Part shown: piece after piece, positions 12,440 to 26,497 of the stretch
Position numbering within the stretch: position 1 is the first letter of the stretch
How the letters are laid out: every line of letters begins with the position of its first letter
DNA from: Eledone cirrhosa
Lineage: Eukaryota
DNA: 64,000 nt
Assembly (NCBI GenBank): GCA_964016885.1
Contig: OZ024740.1
Span: 66,092,001-66,156,000, forward strand
Reading direction: 5' to 3'
Position numbers and translations under genes: made by a program
The notes under the pieces: generated by a model
The model's input: only the letters and a program-made list of their open reading frames with translations
What the model was told of the DNA's origin: nothing
Database searches by the model: none

Positions 12440-12485
<46 letters not shown>

Positions 12486-12532
12486 AGAGAGAGAGAGAGA
12501 GTGGGAGAGAGGGATAGATAATAGATAGATAT

Positions 12533-12668
<136 letters not shown>

Positions 12669-12761
12669 TGTGTGACTGTGTATGTGCGCGCATACATCTG
12701 TTTTCAATACACATGACATATTAATCTTGCTTTGTCTCATAATAATCCTGCTTACAAATAT

Positions 12762-12946
12762 AATTGTTTCTACTTTTGGCACAAGGCCAGCAATTAACCA
12801 GTTTAATACTGGTTCTTTATTTTATCGACTCTGTAAGGATGAAAGGCAAACGTAACCTCGGCGGGATTTGAATTCAGAATGGCAAGAGCCTTAACTCTAT
12901 GCGTCAAAGCATGGCGTCCGACCCTCTACCGATACTGTCAATCCAC
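12762..12946 (-). mobile_element. tRNA-derived SINE
   Basis: A/B-box-like head plus conserved core gcctttcatcc...gtcgataaaataaag..ccag; seven copies in the window. Confidence 0.85.
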
Positions 12947-13841
12947 CGACAAATATAATATGCTTAAATCTGTAATTATGTCTATTGTTATGTACCAAAG
13001 CTATTATTTCGCATTGCAATACATAGGATTAATCACATCTCCCGTTTCTTTCATCAACATTTGGTTTAGTTTGTATTTAAATGCATCAATTCTACATATA
13101 AGTTGTTAATTACATTGTTTTCTTAAATCCTAACTGCTCTTTCGAAAGTAAATGGTCTATGAAAAGGCAGCAGATGTTACAAAATCTTTGGAACAATGCG
13201 TTAGAAATATAGCTTCTAAATAAATGCATATCTAAAGGATATATTTATGTCTGCGAATAGTTAACTTCGAGCTAATGATCAACGACTAATCTTTGAAATA
13301 GAATAACAAATCGAGTTTTTAATACTAGAATACATGAACTTGTCTAGTAATAGCTTTATGCCAAATGAAATTAGTTAATGCTGGTCATATAACATAAACT
13401 ATATGGTAAATCGTTAACGCGTTCTTACTTTTCCTATACTCTCCTACAAATATAATTTCCGATTTGATTAAGCTGACGCATGAGCATTCGGGGAATAATT
13501 TACCGTTAATGAAGGGATTTTGTAGATATGGGGTGCAAGAATAAGTTCGTGCTGTGCAAATTTGGTTTAAAATTGTGGTCCTTGATTATACCACATGTAA
13601 TATTATCTTTAACAAGTCAACCCTTCCTATATATGTCTTATAACATTAATTATGAGTGGTATTGCTGTCCATAATTCCGTCCTGTACATACTCGTATATA
13701 TGGAAATTAAGCATCCATTCTTTTCAATAATGTTTATGTTTGAAAATTCACTAACTGACTCGGAAAAAATCCATGATTTAATGAATAACAGCCATCAGTT
13801 ACTATAGATGTTTGGACTATTTTAAATGGCACATACGCACG

Positions 13842-13961
<120 letters not shown>

Positions 13962-14102
13962 TGTGTGTCTGTGTTTCTGTATGTACTTAGTTACATACAG
14001 AATATATTGAGTAAATGGCTGAAACAACCAAAGAGGAATACTTTATTCACTCATATTTTGAGGATAATCGTTATTTATTGTAAAAATAATTCTTCACTCA
14101 TG

Positions 14103-14171
<69 letters not shown>

Positions 14172-14264
14172 ACACACACACATTCATCACACACAATGCT
14201 TCATATACGCTCACCACTTATCAATTTGTAATTATTTATTATTGATAAATTTAAGGGTTTAAAT

Positions 14265-14467
14265 GATTGACAGTGTCGGTAAAGCGTTGGACTTTGTGGC
14301 AAAGTGTTAAGGCTCTTTACGTTCTGAATTCAAATCCCGTCGAGGTTAGCTTAGCCTTTCATTCAAATGGAGTTGATTAAATAAAGTACTAGTAATGGAT
14401 TGGGGTCGGTTTCATCGACTTTCCTGTCTACTCAAAATTGCTGGCCATCTGACTAAATCTGAAACCA
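14265..14467 (+). mobile_element. tRNA-derived SINE (diverged)
   Basis: gttctgaattcaaatcccg...gcctttcatt...gataaa-like core; tail interrupted by the Helitron-like element. Confidence 0.75.
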
Positions 14468-15446
14468 TCTATATATATAAAACTGTGGTTGTCTGTCTAT
14501 CGATTTTTGGCACACATCTCCTCTTAGAATCTCTCACGGAATTGCACCGAAATTGCTATACTTGTACATTGAGCCCTAGCGAAGACATCGGAAAAAATAT
14601 TTCAAATTGACCCACCCTATGTGACGAAATCGAATATAATGTATCGATTTTTGAGCGTAAGTTATCAGTTATTTCCCTTTGTTCTGTTTACATTGAGCGT
14701 CTTACGTAAACAATTACGCTGGCTTTCTCAGCGTTTAAAATGACATTAACACAATACACGAACAGTTGTCGAGCCAGCAAAATAATGACCTGCAAAATTC
14801 ATCAGTTCGAACACTAAGCTTCCGTTTTGCTTCATTTCCATTTAAAAGCATTTTAAAACAATATTTTTACTTGAAAACAAGTCTATTTAAAGACTACGTA
14901 AAACAAGCAAATATTTCGTCGTTAGGCGTGCAGACAGACAGTCGTGCAGACAGACAGTCGTGCAGAGAGGTGATATACGCGTGCAGACAGACAGTCGTGC
15001 AGAGAGGTGATATAGGCGTGCAGACAGACAGTCGTGCAGAGAGGTGATATAGGCGTGCAGACAGACAGTCGTGCAGAGAGGTGATATAGGCGTGCAGACA
15101 GACAGTCGTGCAGAGAGGTGATATAGGCGTGCAGACAGACATAACTGATAATTTGGTTACGCTAATGTTTTTCTCTGCGATGCAGTGTTTACATTTTCGA
15201 TCTTTGTTAATAAATAACCAGTGCAGTTTCTATCCCCAGCATCCTCTTTTGTTATAACATTCGGGTTATCGTTATGTTTTCTTAACTTCATAAGGCATAT
15301 TGTTGGTTGAGGGAATATTAATCAAAAACACCACATGCAAGTCTGCACAGTAGACACTACAGTTTTTAAGCCAAGAAAGAAACTTAACATTGTAACTTTA
15401 ACACAGCTACTGAGCGACCCCGAGAAACGCCGGGCTTTACTGCTAG
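14468..15446 (+). mobile_element. Non-autonomous Helitron-like element
   Basis: 5' TC (tctatatatataaaa), 3' hairpin cccgagaaacgccggg then CTAG, inserted between A and T with no TSD. Confidence 0.7.
14925..15140. repeat. 37-bp minisatellite, ~5.5 copies
   Basis: ggcgtgcagacagacagtcgtgcagagaggtgatata repeated in tandem. Confidence 0.95.
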
Positions 15447-16759
15447 TTATTAATAAATGTATTGCTTGCTGCAGAAACGTGCTTCATAACACCATGGGGA
15501 TATAAAGTGAAATTAATTATAAACATTCATATCGTAATGATACATTATAGGAGTAAAATGACCAATAAAATAAAATCTTCTGATATAGTTTGGAACTCAT
15601 TATATATTTATTGTTTATACCATTCGTGAGCGAAGGTATTATTTCTTTATTCCATCTGTAATTTCATATTCCCATAAACGTTAGGTTTGTGCTGGTGTCT
15701 AAAAATAATGAAGATATGTAGTTGAAAATGATTACTTGTTAATAGATTTGTCTTGGTGAGAAGTTAACTTTTATTCTCTAACGGTGCTTTAATGCTTCAA
15801 GCAAGTGGACATATTCTATAGAAAGACAAAGTTAATCCTGAGATATTGATATATTCTAAAATACATTGTTTTCTTTCATAATGGCTAAAACCAATTGATA
15901 TTTTTAATGCACGTTTTATGTGTTTAAAAAATATACAACGAAAATTTGTATTCTAGAAAAAAATATAAAACATTTTGAACTAAAATTATAATCCATTATA
16001 CATGTAATCTCCCAATATTTTCTCTTACTTGACTTTGCTATGTTAATGATTTTATTAAAGTATATATAGATCCAGGTACTTTCTTTAATACCTTTTGTAT
16101 CGACCTCAGAGCAAAATGATAAGTAATAGCAACAGCTCCAGAGCATTTATTTGATGTAGCTTGAAATACAAGTGGGTGGGTGTAAACGTATATACATACA
16201 CATTTTTTATTGTATTTTCCCTCACAATGCTTATATAATATACTTGTGAAACGTGTCATGTAGCGGGGCTAAACATGTTATTGGTAGTAAAATGTTTTGA
16301 GCACAAACCTATATTTGCACCCATATAAACATGTACCTACGTTTTCAATGAGGTGTATTTAACTATATTCTTGCAGGTAGCAGTCTGTGTACATTGGTTG
16401 TTACATAGGTGTGCAGTTGTTCATTTGATGATACCGAAATGCAAACTATGTTTTCAAAATTTCATGAATACCATTGATGTTGATATTAAATTATAAACAA
16501 TGTGTGAGAAAAACACAGATTTTTTTGCAGAGGTCATTGCATCCAGTTATTGAAACAGGCGTTGTCTGACCCTATTTTGTCTATTACCAAAAACACGCAG
16601 AGAACAATAGGCAACAAAAAACACAAAGCTGGTACACTTAGATTGAAAGCTACATCAGACACGGTTCTGTAGTTACCGGAAAAAGTATGTAACGAAAAAA
16701 AGAGGGAGTGGGTATGAAGCCCCAGAGTGCACATGGCAGCCCAAATGTCATGCTTCCCC

Positions 16760-17290
16760 GACACATCACAGACGAAATGTCAATGACCTCGCCAAAGAGA
16801 ATTGCCAGTGGCACTCGTTGCAGCAACTGACCTATTTCACGGGGTTTCTTCCTCGGTGAGGCTGCAGTTTTCCCGATTTTGCAGAGGAAAGCTGCAGTTC
16901 AAACTTCGAGGATACACGAGGTCTCGATTGTGGTTGCAACGAAACAGAAGTCTCGGTATTTAGTTATTTACCTCTCCTATACGTTGGTGGTCTCGGCACC
17001 TTGGTTTCAGACCGAAGCGACAAGTTTCAAGGTGGAGTACGCGTCGCAGTATGTGGCGTCACAGATAAGATATTACGTTCCTTGAAAGGATGAGAATTGT
17101 CTTGTCGCAGCACCTACCAATACCATGGTCAAGGCCAACTGACTACAGTCTTGACGGGAAGCGGGCGGCATCTAGTTTCTTTCTGATAATGTCGTTCAAC
17201 TGGGATGTCGAGAGAGCCGAGCTGAACTATAGCAACATGATAGCGAGTGCAGACCGAACTCGTCAGCAACAACTCCACAATGGCATTGTA
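16760..17290 (-). pseudogene. CRE-like non-LTR retrotransposon 3' remnant (CCHC plus restriction-like endonuclease)
   Basis: Manual translation: CHCGVVADEFGLHSLSC...RH..LNDIIRKKLDAARFPSRL..VGLD...KYRDFCFVATTIET...FLCKIG...LLQRVPLAILFG, with several stops. Confidence 0.75.
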
Positions 17291-20200
17291 TTCCTGTAGT
17301 ATGAGACATTGTTTCAGAAAATTATTGAATTGTATTGATAAGCATCTGTGCAGTACAAATGAATGGGTCCATATTAATGCGTAGTATTATACAACTGAAA
17401 TGAAATATCTCATAGTCAATACACAGCGATTCGGTGTCTATCTACGTAGACATCTATTTATTATAGCTACTGTAGGTGCCCTCCGATAAACGCATTCTAC
17501 TCAGCTGGAATAATATTATATAGAGACACTGGGGAGTGTACTGAAGCTGATTAGCTATCATACAACATAATTTTAGTAAAATATCGCATGGGCTCCTTCA
17601 ACATATGAATGTAATCAGCTAAATAAACAATACTGAGCTGATGTAACTAAATCAATTACTTGAAGAATATCCGTCTAGATGTATTCAATATCTAATAATA
17701 AAATTTACAGAGATGACTCATGTAGAAACAATTAACTGAATTTGCGAATATGAGCAACATTTAATAGGTGAGTGGATCTGTTTTTTTAAAGCCAACTGAT
17801 GAAATGACGGAGATGTTTCGGTATTATGATGGAAATATATTTTACCCAATCGGCTATACCATGAGTGGTGATTACATAGAGAGAAACAGCGTGAATGTAG
17901 TGCCACTGATTTCGATTCCATAAATTATGATCGGATGTAGGGATTCCTCATTACAGCATTGTACATACGAAGTAAATACAATTAATAATCATTTTGCAAT
18001 ATATTTAGCTGCGAATATCAGTATCAGGAGATTATTCACTGAATTAGTAGCCGCAATCTCTTTCTTAAGGTGTTTGAAGACTACATTAGCCTGGCTAATT
18101 CAAACTTAGTTCAATAAATTGAAATGAAGTTGTCATAGTTTCGGTTAAAAGAAAACACCAAAAAAAACGTACGTAGAAAGTATGTCATAACTGAGTATTT
18201 TCAAAAATAGAGATGTATATTTCATTTGCTTATATCCCTTTAGAAAATGGCTTTCAAATCCAGCGCTATAGCTGACTGGCTCTTACTGTGATTTTGAAAA
18301 GGGCGTTCAATTTCAATTGATTGCCTCACTGCAAATATTTTCAAGTAGACAGCCGGTATCCACTAACAAATTTATAACAATACCTTGAAAGCTATGAACA
18401 TGTCAGTAAATCACATATATAATGACAGGAAGTTTGTTAAAGTTTAAAAGGTTATATAGAATAAAGGTACATTCCAAACTCTTCAATATCTTAAATATTC
18501 ACCCTTTAACCTCGATTGCTTAAATTATATGACGCTAATGAGTTCTTGATGAATTGTTCAAATCGCGTGGATATGTCAACGCTAGTTATATCCGTCAGCA
18601 TATTGATTACTGCAAGTTTAAGAATTACACAATCTCCGGTATAATATGCCTGTAGTGACTGAAGTGTAAACCGATCAACATAACCAGTTGGCAAAATAAA
18701 CACTGACAACCAGCCTTGGCAAATGTGCATATAATACAAGAACATTAATAAATCTCTATTCTAAGAGAAACTTGTTGATTGAAATCTGCAAATTTATGCC
18801 CGGTATGTCTACAAATACATCTGTAATGTCGCTTGATTTATCAAATCCGGGAAACAATATGGTTCTCAATAGATTTCAAAGCTGCGACAGCAGTTTCAAT
18901 TCACAGGGAACGCTATTTCACTATATTACTTTTTAAAAATAATTTAACATAAAGTCTCAACGTTGTATTTTAAATACTTATGTAAAATCACAACTTGCAT
19001 CCTGTAAATAGAATTACAATTAAATACGTTTACTTTTAAGTTAAGGAGATTAAATGTTTTGGAAAATTGAGTGAACTAGGCAAATCTAAAATCAAGCACA
19101 CATTCAAGTAAAGTTTTAATCTATCCCTATTCAGCAGAGATGTGTTTGAGAATGCTGTGAAATGCCACAGATTCCTATATCTGTCTTATTAAAATAAGAC
19201 TTTGTGATAACAGGAATAGAGAACTTTAGTATTTTGCATTTTGATATAAATGCCACATAAAATATACACTGATATTCAACTACTTAATATAAGATAACAA
19301 TTTGTAAACATACAGTAGGAATTGTTTGAGGTGACAGTTCTACCCTTCCGAGTGGATTCTTACATACTATTGTTTTCTTTTTCACCATTATTGTTCATAT
19401 ATTATGTTGAAGCCTCCATATTAGCATATATCTCTTAAATCTTGATTTGTCAAAAAGCAATTCCATTTATAATTCATCATAGAACCATTAATGTTCTTTA
19501 TCTGTTTGAACTCATAAGGTATAACATAATTACAGTTCATTTTTGATGAAAATTAACTATTATAATAAAGATGTGAATAAGGAAATATTCTGCTTTATGA
19601 AGGCTAGAAAAATGTGTCTGGAAAATAATACATTACAGCTGCTTGATTTTGAAAATTTACAAATGCGTTTGAGAATGTGACTGAAGAATATTATCGTGGC
19701 TGATCTCGTTTTGTCGGTGAAGGTGGTAGCGTTTTAAAGAGACACATAATTATTACTTTAATTTGTGATCTGGTTGTTATCATGTCAGTCCTTGCTTTCA
19801 TCATACTCGACTACACATCCTTTTCAGAATATTATTAATTAGATTGCAAATTCCAAGATAACATAAAGCAATTAATTTATTAATTGCCTTGTGTTATTAC
19901 TAAGATAAATCTTGTTTATTCCGGAGACAGAATTAAGGCGTGCTCTATAGAGAGGAAATACAGAACTCTGAAACAGTGAATAAGACACATATTTGACATT
20001 TCCGAAGAAAATGGATCGAAACTGTCTGCTCAGTATCCTTGATTACTTATGTCAGTGGTTGGAGAGATAAAGGAAACAATATACCCCTGATATACGTGAA
20101 AGTACACAATACTCTAGAATTTTAATGCATTCAATCTACATCTTTACATTATTGATACAATTAGTATCAACGCTTGTTTCGTGAAGGTACATTTGAGATG

Positions 20201-21220
20201 AACAATCATGCAATAATATTTATTTTGTTGCTCTTCATGTGTTTGCTTTTTTTTTTCACATACCACTATAGTTTTCGCCTAGCACCTAGCCAGATCTACT
20301 GAAGCAGAAGAATGGCAAAATACATTCCATTCCTGACAATACTAACAATCTACATTTGCTCCCCACAGTTTCACCATCATTACGCACATACTCACCCACA
20401 GCTAACTACTAATATCCTCATTTACTACTACATTCACCCCTGTACCACCAATATACACACACGCTGCCATCACAGCTCTGCGTATACCACCAACTCTCTT
20501 TTTCTCATCGTCTTCTCCAACCCCCGCCTGACCAATTCCTCTCTGACCACTTCACCTGCACCAACGCCCAAATTACAACGATATTTTCGGACTACACGTA
20601 GATATTCATATACACACACACATAATCACACACATACACACACTTAACTTCATACACATGCACACAAAATAATTCCACTACAGACAACACAGAAATCCTC
20701 AAACACACATGGAGGCACGCATACACACATACAGAGAAACGTATACACACATATACTGTACATAGAAACAATAGACAAAAGTCGCATACACAAACACTAC
20801 ATACACACATGCCAAAAAGAAACAACAAAGAACTCACAGATACACACATACACCAGTGTGCATACACTAACAATATAAGACTCACAGATACGAACGTGTA
20901 CACAAACACAAACAGAAGCAATAATGCATACCTACCAATTTCACCCCATTGCTACACACTCAACCACTCCCATGACACAACTTGACCGCCTCCCCTACTT
21001 CAGACCCGAACCACTAGCCTACTCCAACCGAATGTTCTTAACAACCATTTCCAAACTTTCATGTACCTACCTGTTCTCTCCCTGTCCGAACTCTTCACTT
21101 TTTGTCGAAGGACATTGGCCGAACCCTCCTCGACTCCCCACTAAGAATGAATATAATAGACGTTTTATTTTTGCATCCTTCTGTTTGTTCTGATAGATTT
21201 GATCAACTATATATATATAT

Positions 21221-21748
21221 TATTTAGAAAACGTAAGAGAAACACAAACACAGGAACAAGGACAATTCTCGCTCATCGGCTGTCTTCTCTGGATATGTGA
21301 TGTTTCGAATGCATTAAAGAAAGTACATCTCACGACAGCACTTTGATAACAAAGAGGGACAGCTATCCGTGAAACAAAAGAGAGACGATAAACAAGAGAA
21401 AAAGAAAAAAAAAGAAAACAAAAAAGAAATACATACCGATGAAGAAAGGAGAAACGAGACAGCAGTACATCTAAGTTGCTGTAAACGTCGGGTGGGGAGA
21501 AGGAGAGGTACTACTAAGACAGCACATGTGTCCTGAACCAATAATAGCAGCACGCGGGAGAGAGAAAGAAAAATACGTCAGATCATAGCGAGAACAGGCA
21601 CTAACAGGAATGAACAAAAACAGAAGTAAGTAGGGGAGTAAGGGAGCAGAGGTGGGGAGAAAGAAGATATATAGTAAGAGAGAAAGAGAATGCGTCAGTG
21701 GGAGAGAGCAAGGGATATATATATGTTTTCCTTACGTTTTCTAAATAT
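21221..21748. repeat. Non-coding element with ~25-bp terminal inverted repeat, pLTR-like composition
   Basis: tatttagaaaacgtaagagaaaca / tgttttccttacgttttctaaata. Confidence 0.45.
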
Positions 21749-21804
21749 CTATAAGTAACCACACAGCATCTTTGTTACCTAATTCGTATATATATATATA
21801 TATG

Positions 21805-24800
21805 ACTTTGATACCTTTGATAGGTTTCGGCCAGTATTGGCCCAGACCATGTCTAACTTAATAGCACCACCCAGCGAAGTCTTACAAATCAGAGTTTGGG
21901 CACCATGGCCTACTCGAACAGCGAGTTATTGTTTACGGAGACATATCCGGGTGTAGGAGGCTTATCCGGGATTTATTGAAGGAATGTGTCCAAAGACTTC
22001 TTGAACTTGATTGGGCCTGTTTCTGTTTTGATGTGTTTTGCTGTAATGTTAAATAGAGCAGGGCCAATTGAGGTGAACTAATTGTGCTGTATTGTTGTTA
22101 TGAGATGCGAGTGAGATTGTTGTCGTGGGCACGGGGCCCAAGCTTTGGGTGTACATTAAAGGTGAAGCCAACATCAATTGGGCAAAGTTAATGGAATATT
22201 TTCCACATCATGCAGATAATGTAGCGCTCACAGCGACGTTGGAGAGAATAAAGCTTGAGCTTTTCTAATCGACTCCAATAGTGAAGACCTGTCATGCCAT
22301 CTATCTTTTTTGTAATTGATCTTTGGGGTGCTTCATCTCTCATGATACATTGTTTCGTGTGGGGAGACCACAGTGGACAACAGTATTCAAGGTGGTGTCG
22401 GGCAATAGTGGAGAAGAGAAGGATAACAGTGTGGACATCTCTCGACCCGAAAGTTATGAGAATCCAGGAACACATTCTGCAGGCCATGTCAACATTGCTG
22501 TTTATATGAGTGACCCAGCTTATGCTGTTGTCCACAATTACTCGCAAGTCTCTGGTGTTATTGGATGACACTAGAGTTTCACCCGAAGGAAGAGAGTATG
22601 GTAGTTTCAGGGCATTCTTTTTTCTAAAGTCGATTAGTTCAAACTTATCCTCATTCAACAGCATATTATTCTTTTCTGCCCATTGGATAACAGCCAGTAG
22701 GTCTGACTGAAGGCAAGTCCGGTCACCCACCTCATTGATGACCCTTTGGATTTTGGAATCATCTGCCAAGATTTTTATGTTTCTGTGCTTGATAATGTCA
22801 GTAATCTAATTAATGTAGATGATGAAAAAAAGTGGGCCCAACACAGTGCCTTGTGGGACGTCACTGCTGACTTTGGTAGGGCTTGATTTTACTCCTTCGA
22901 CTACAACATGTTGGGTTCTTTCTGTCAGGAAACATTTGATCCACTGTAATCACTTTCCAGAGACACCAATATTGGATAACTTTTTCATTAAAATCTTATG
23001 ATCAACCCTGCTGAAATCAAGGTAGATGACATCAGTGTTGGAGCCCTCTCCCAAGGCTCTCAACACATCGTCAAAGTGATGCAAGGTCTGCGTTAGGAAG
23101 TCCCTTCCATTAAGGAACCCATGTTGCTTGGTGTTCAGCAGGCCGTTGCTTTCAAGAAAGTGGGTTATTCGTGATCTCACCACCCTCTCAAATTCCTTGA
23201 TAATATGAGAGGTGAGTGAGATCGGACGATAGTTTACTGCAGGGGACTTATTTCCCTTTTTGAATACATGGACAACGGACTGGGACAGAAAGTTTTCAGG
23301 AATATAGCCAGTATCCAGTGAGTTCCTCCACAGATTAGCAATAGGAGATGCAAGTTGGTGTCAACCAACCGTCAGGACACAAGCAGAGAACCTGTCGTGG
23401 CCTACTGAATCGTGTTTAATTTCGTTTATTGCCGTTAAGATATCAGGGGCGCCAACCGTTATGTCCGATATAGTGTGTTAACATCACTGATACAGCCCAA
23501 ATCGGCCACATGAGGATTGCTGAAAACAGAGCAGTATTGTTTCTGTAGTATCACGCCCATGGTTTTGGCATTATCTTGGAGTGTGCCATTTTCATCAACT
23601 TGAGGGCCAACAGTGGAGACAGTGACCTTGTATTTTTTAGCAAATGAAAAGAACACTTTGGTGTTGAGTTTGATTTTCCCAATGGCCCACCTCTCTTCAG
23701 CTGTTCTCTGGTTATTGATGATGGTCTTCATGCATTGTTGGAGGTTATATTTTCTTGATTCTAGCAGGGCGATAGCCGTCGAATGTGTGTATTACTGTTG
23801 GCAGTATTTTAGTGTGTTAATTTTTGTTTGTTAGTTTTATTTTTCTGATAGTTGTCGTTCTGTCTTGGGGGATACTGCACTTAGTTTTGTTCACAGGTTT
23901 TGGTGGTGTGTGTTTTGTACATCTATTTGTGACAGTATCTACAAATATCTGCCAAGATATTTTGATGTTGGTGGAAATGTGTGCGTGTGTAAAAGACCAG
24001 TCAACATGTGATAGTTCTTTCATAATTGCATCCTAGTTGACATTGTAGAGATCCATGTTATCAAATGGGTGGGCTGGAAAGAGTTCCCTAGGATTAGCTT
24101 TCGGCTGGTGGAATCTCAGGTTACAAATAACCATGACATGGTCTGATAGAAGGGTTTTTCCCCCTGTAATAGTATGTATAGTGTTAGTATGTTTACTAAA
24201 CACTAGATCCAGAATGTTCTTCTGATACCTTGTTGGTGCAAGGACAAATTGGGACAAGAAAAACTCATTCATGAAGTCAAGAAGTGACTTGAATGCTTCT
24301 TTGTCAGTGGTTGAGTTTGGGGTGCCTTGTTTCAAAGTGCGTGTAGACCAATCAACACAGGGTAGATGAAAGTATCCCATCAAAAGTATGTTGCTAGAAT
24401 GGCACTGTTTGATAAAGCATTTAATACTGTTGAGGCATTCTTTGAAGCAGATTATGGGTGTTTGTGGTGGCCTATGGAGCCCAACTAATGTCAGGTCATT
24501 GACATTGTTGTGCATAGTGACTGATTCACGGTAGCCATTGGAGAATGTTGTGTTACCATCTGCTGTAAAGGAATAATGCACCCTTCCTTCTGCCAACACG
24601 ATTCGCGGGGATGGTTGTGAAATCCTCACTCTTACTTCGGCCTCCAAGTGGGAGTTGTCAAGGTGGGTATCAATAAAAATGAAGAAGAGGGTTGTGAAAA
24701 GGATGGTTACCAATCCAATCCTCAATGAACTGGAACTTCCATTTCTGTGCATTGATGGATGGGCTGATACCTTGTGTATTGAGTAAAAATGTGGAGGCTA

Positions 24801-25105
24801 GTGTGGTGGCTGGTTTTGACTGTTGCATTGGGATTGTTTTGAGCTTGTGTGTTAGTGACTGCAAGGATGGTGTGGGTGATAGTTAAAATGTTTTTTCTGT
24901 ATCTCTTTTGCCAGGTTCATGGTTAAAAAAGAAAAATGTTCTTGTTCCCGGAGCAGTTTTTGATTGGATTTGTGGTTACACCATTGGATAGGGTTGCAGT
25001 TCCCTCTTTTGTTGTTGTTGCTGTTGTTGTTGTTTTTGTATGTGTTGTTGTAATCGTGTCTTTGTGCGACAACTGGAGCAGCATTATTGCAGCAGGGGGT
25101 GGCTT
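21805..25105 (-). mobile_element. CR1/L2-group LINE, decayed ORF2 (APE endonuclease plus RT)
   Basis: APE (HRPP, MGYFHLP, PTR...ILDLVF, SDH), RT (YRPISLTS, KQHGF, IYLDFS, VPQGTVLGP, ADDSKI, LEYCCPLWSP, LYSLQRRCER), short 3' tandem repeat. Confidence 0.9.
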
Positions 25106-25121
25106 TATTGTAGTTTGTGTG

Positions 25122-25179
<58 letters not shown>

Positions 25180-25728
25180 AGAAAGTATTACAGCATAATC
25201 GAAACTCTGGTTGCGGGCAAGCTAACGAATGTTCTCGGTCAGTGCAGCCAAAAGCACTCAATAAAAATGTTACCTTAGAGTTATAACATTACGTTTGAAC
25301 AGCTATGCAAATTGAAGGCAGCGAACGAAAAGCGAGCCGCTAGAACCAGAACAACGAAACAACCGACTCGGGGAAAAGTTTGACTATTACCTGCACTATC
25401 ATGGACATATTACATAAAATTATATAACATTTCCACTAGGTTTCTGTAAATCCGAAATCAACAAAATCCATTTGCAAGTTAATTGGGCTTTGGTTGATAG
25501 AACAGTGGAATTTACTTCGTCAACAAGTTTTCAATCTGTCTGCCTCCTCCGGTTGCAAGAAATAGTAGTAAGCACTGCTAGTAGTCACGTGGTTTCTCCT
25601 AAGGGAGGTAAGCCCCTGTTTTGGAGGTCAAAATCAACATTTTAACAAAGGGTTTAAATCCTTTACACAAACCGAATGGAAGCTCTCAACTAGATGTTAT
25701 CAAACAAACATTAACAATTAACCAATCA

Positions 25729-25793
<65 letters not shown>

Positions 25794-25807
25794 TATATAT
25801 ATATTAG

Positions 25808-26345
25808 AAAATATAAGCTTTCACCCTATTTTTTTTACTAAAGAAATTTTAGCCTGATAGTGGGGTTTAGAACCCTCAGATAAATGGAAAAAGACGAATA
25901 TTGACGTACACCGGAGTCGAACCCACATCTTTGGTTATCCAGACCTCTGTACTACCATTGCACCAACACATCACCCATCTCCTTCCATTCAAATTAGAAG
26001 CTTTCGCCGTATTTTTAATAAAAAATTACGGTGAAAGCTTTTATTTTCTAATTTCAAACTTGCTCGCTGTTTCAAAACTTACTTACTTTTCATCATACTT
26101 GCTAAGAATGTGGCTTCTAATTTGAATGGAAGGAAATGGGTGAAGTGTTGGTGTAATGGTAGCACAGTGGTCTGTATGACCAAATAAGTGGGTTCGACTC
26201 CCCTGTACGTCAATACACATCTTTTTCCATTTCTCTGAGGGTTCTAAACCCCAATATGAGGCTAACATTTCTTTAGTCAAAACATAGGGTGAAATCTTCT
26301 GTTTTCTAATTTCAGACTTGCTCGCTGTTTCAAAATATACTTACT
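25808..26345. repeat. Inverted plus partial tandem repeat containing a tRNA-like segment
   Basis: 25820-26002 inverted against 26112-26294; 26031-26086 repeated directly at 26290-26345; tggtgtaatgg and ggttcgactcc boxes. Confidence 0.75.
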
Positions 26346-26412
26346 ATATTTATATATATATATATATATATATAAATTTGTGTATATATATATATATATG
26401 TATATATATATG

Positions 26413-26467
<55 letters not shown>

Positions 26468-26497
26468 ATATATATATATTGGTAAAAGGAAAAGAAT

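Larger units (their letters stand above)
10804..12443. mobile_element. 591-bp HHR repeat family: ~1.7 tandem units on minus joined to an inverted ~1.1 unit on plus
   Basis: Period 591 (11045 to 11636); inversion junction at 11786-11789 with ggag microhomology; (TA)n both sides. Confidence 0.9.

Noticed and set aside
14925-15140. CRISPR-like 37-bp periodicity
   Set aside because: No unique spacers; plain minisatellite in eukaryotic DNA.
16520-16680. Splice-acceptor-like tttttttgcag followed by a short open frame
   Set aside because: No recognisable protein; adjacent to the 3' end of the CRE-like remnant.
21820-21850. ggccaatactggcc-GAAAC hairpin on the minus strand
   Set aside because: No CUGANGA core; fits a CR1-type 3' stem-loop.
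26140-26212. Functional tRNA gene
   Set aside because: No acceptor stem, and the anticodon region differs between arms; treated as tRNA-derived repeat.
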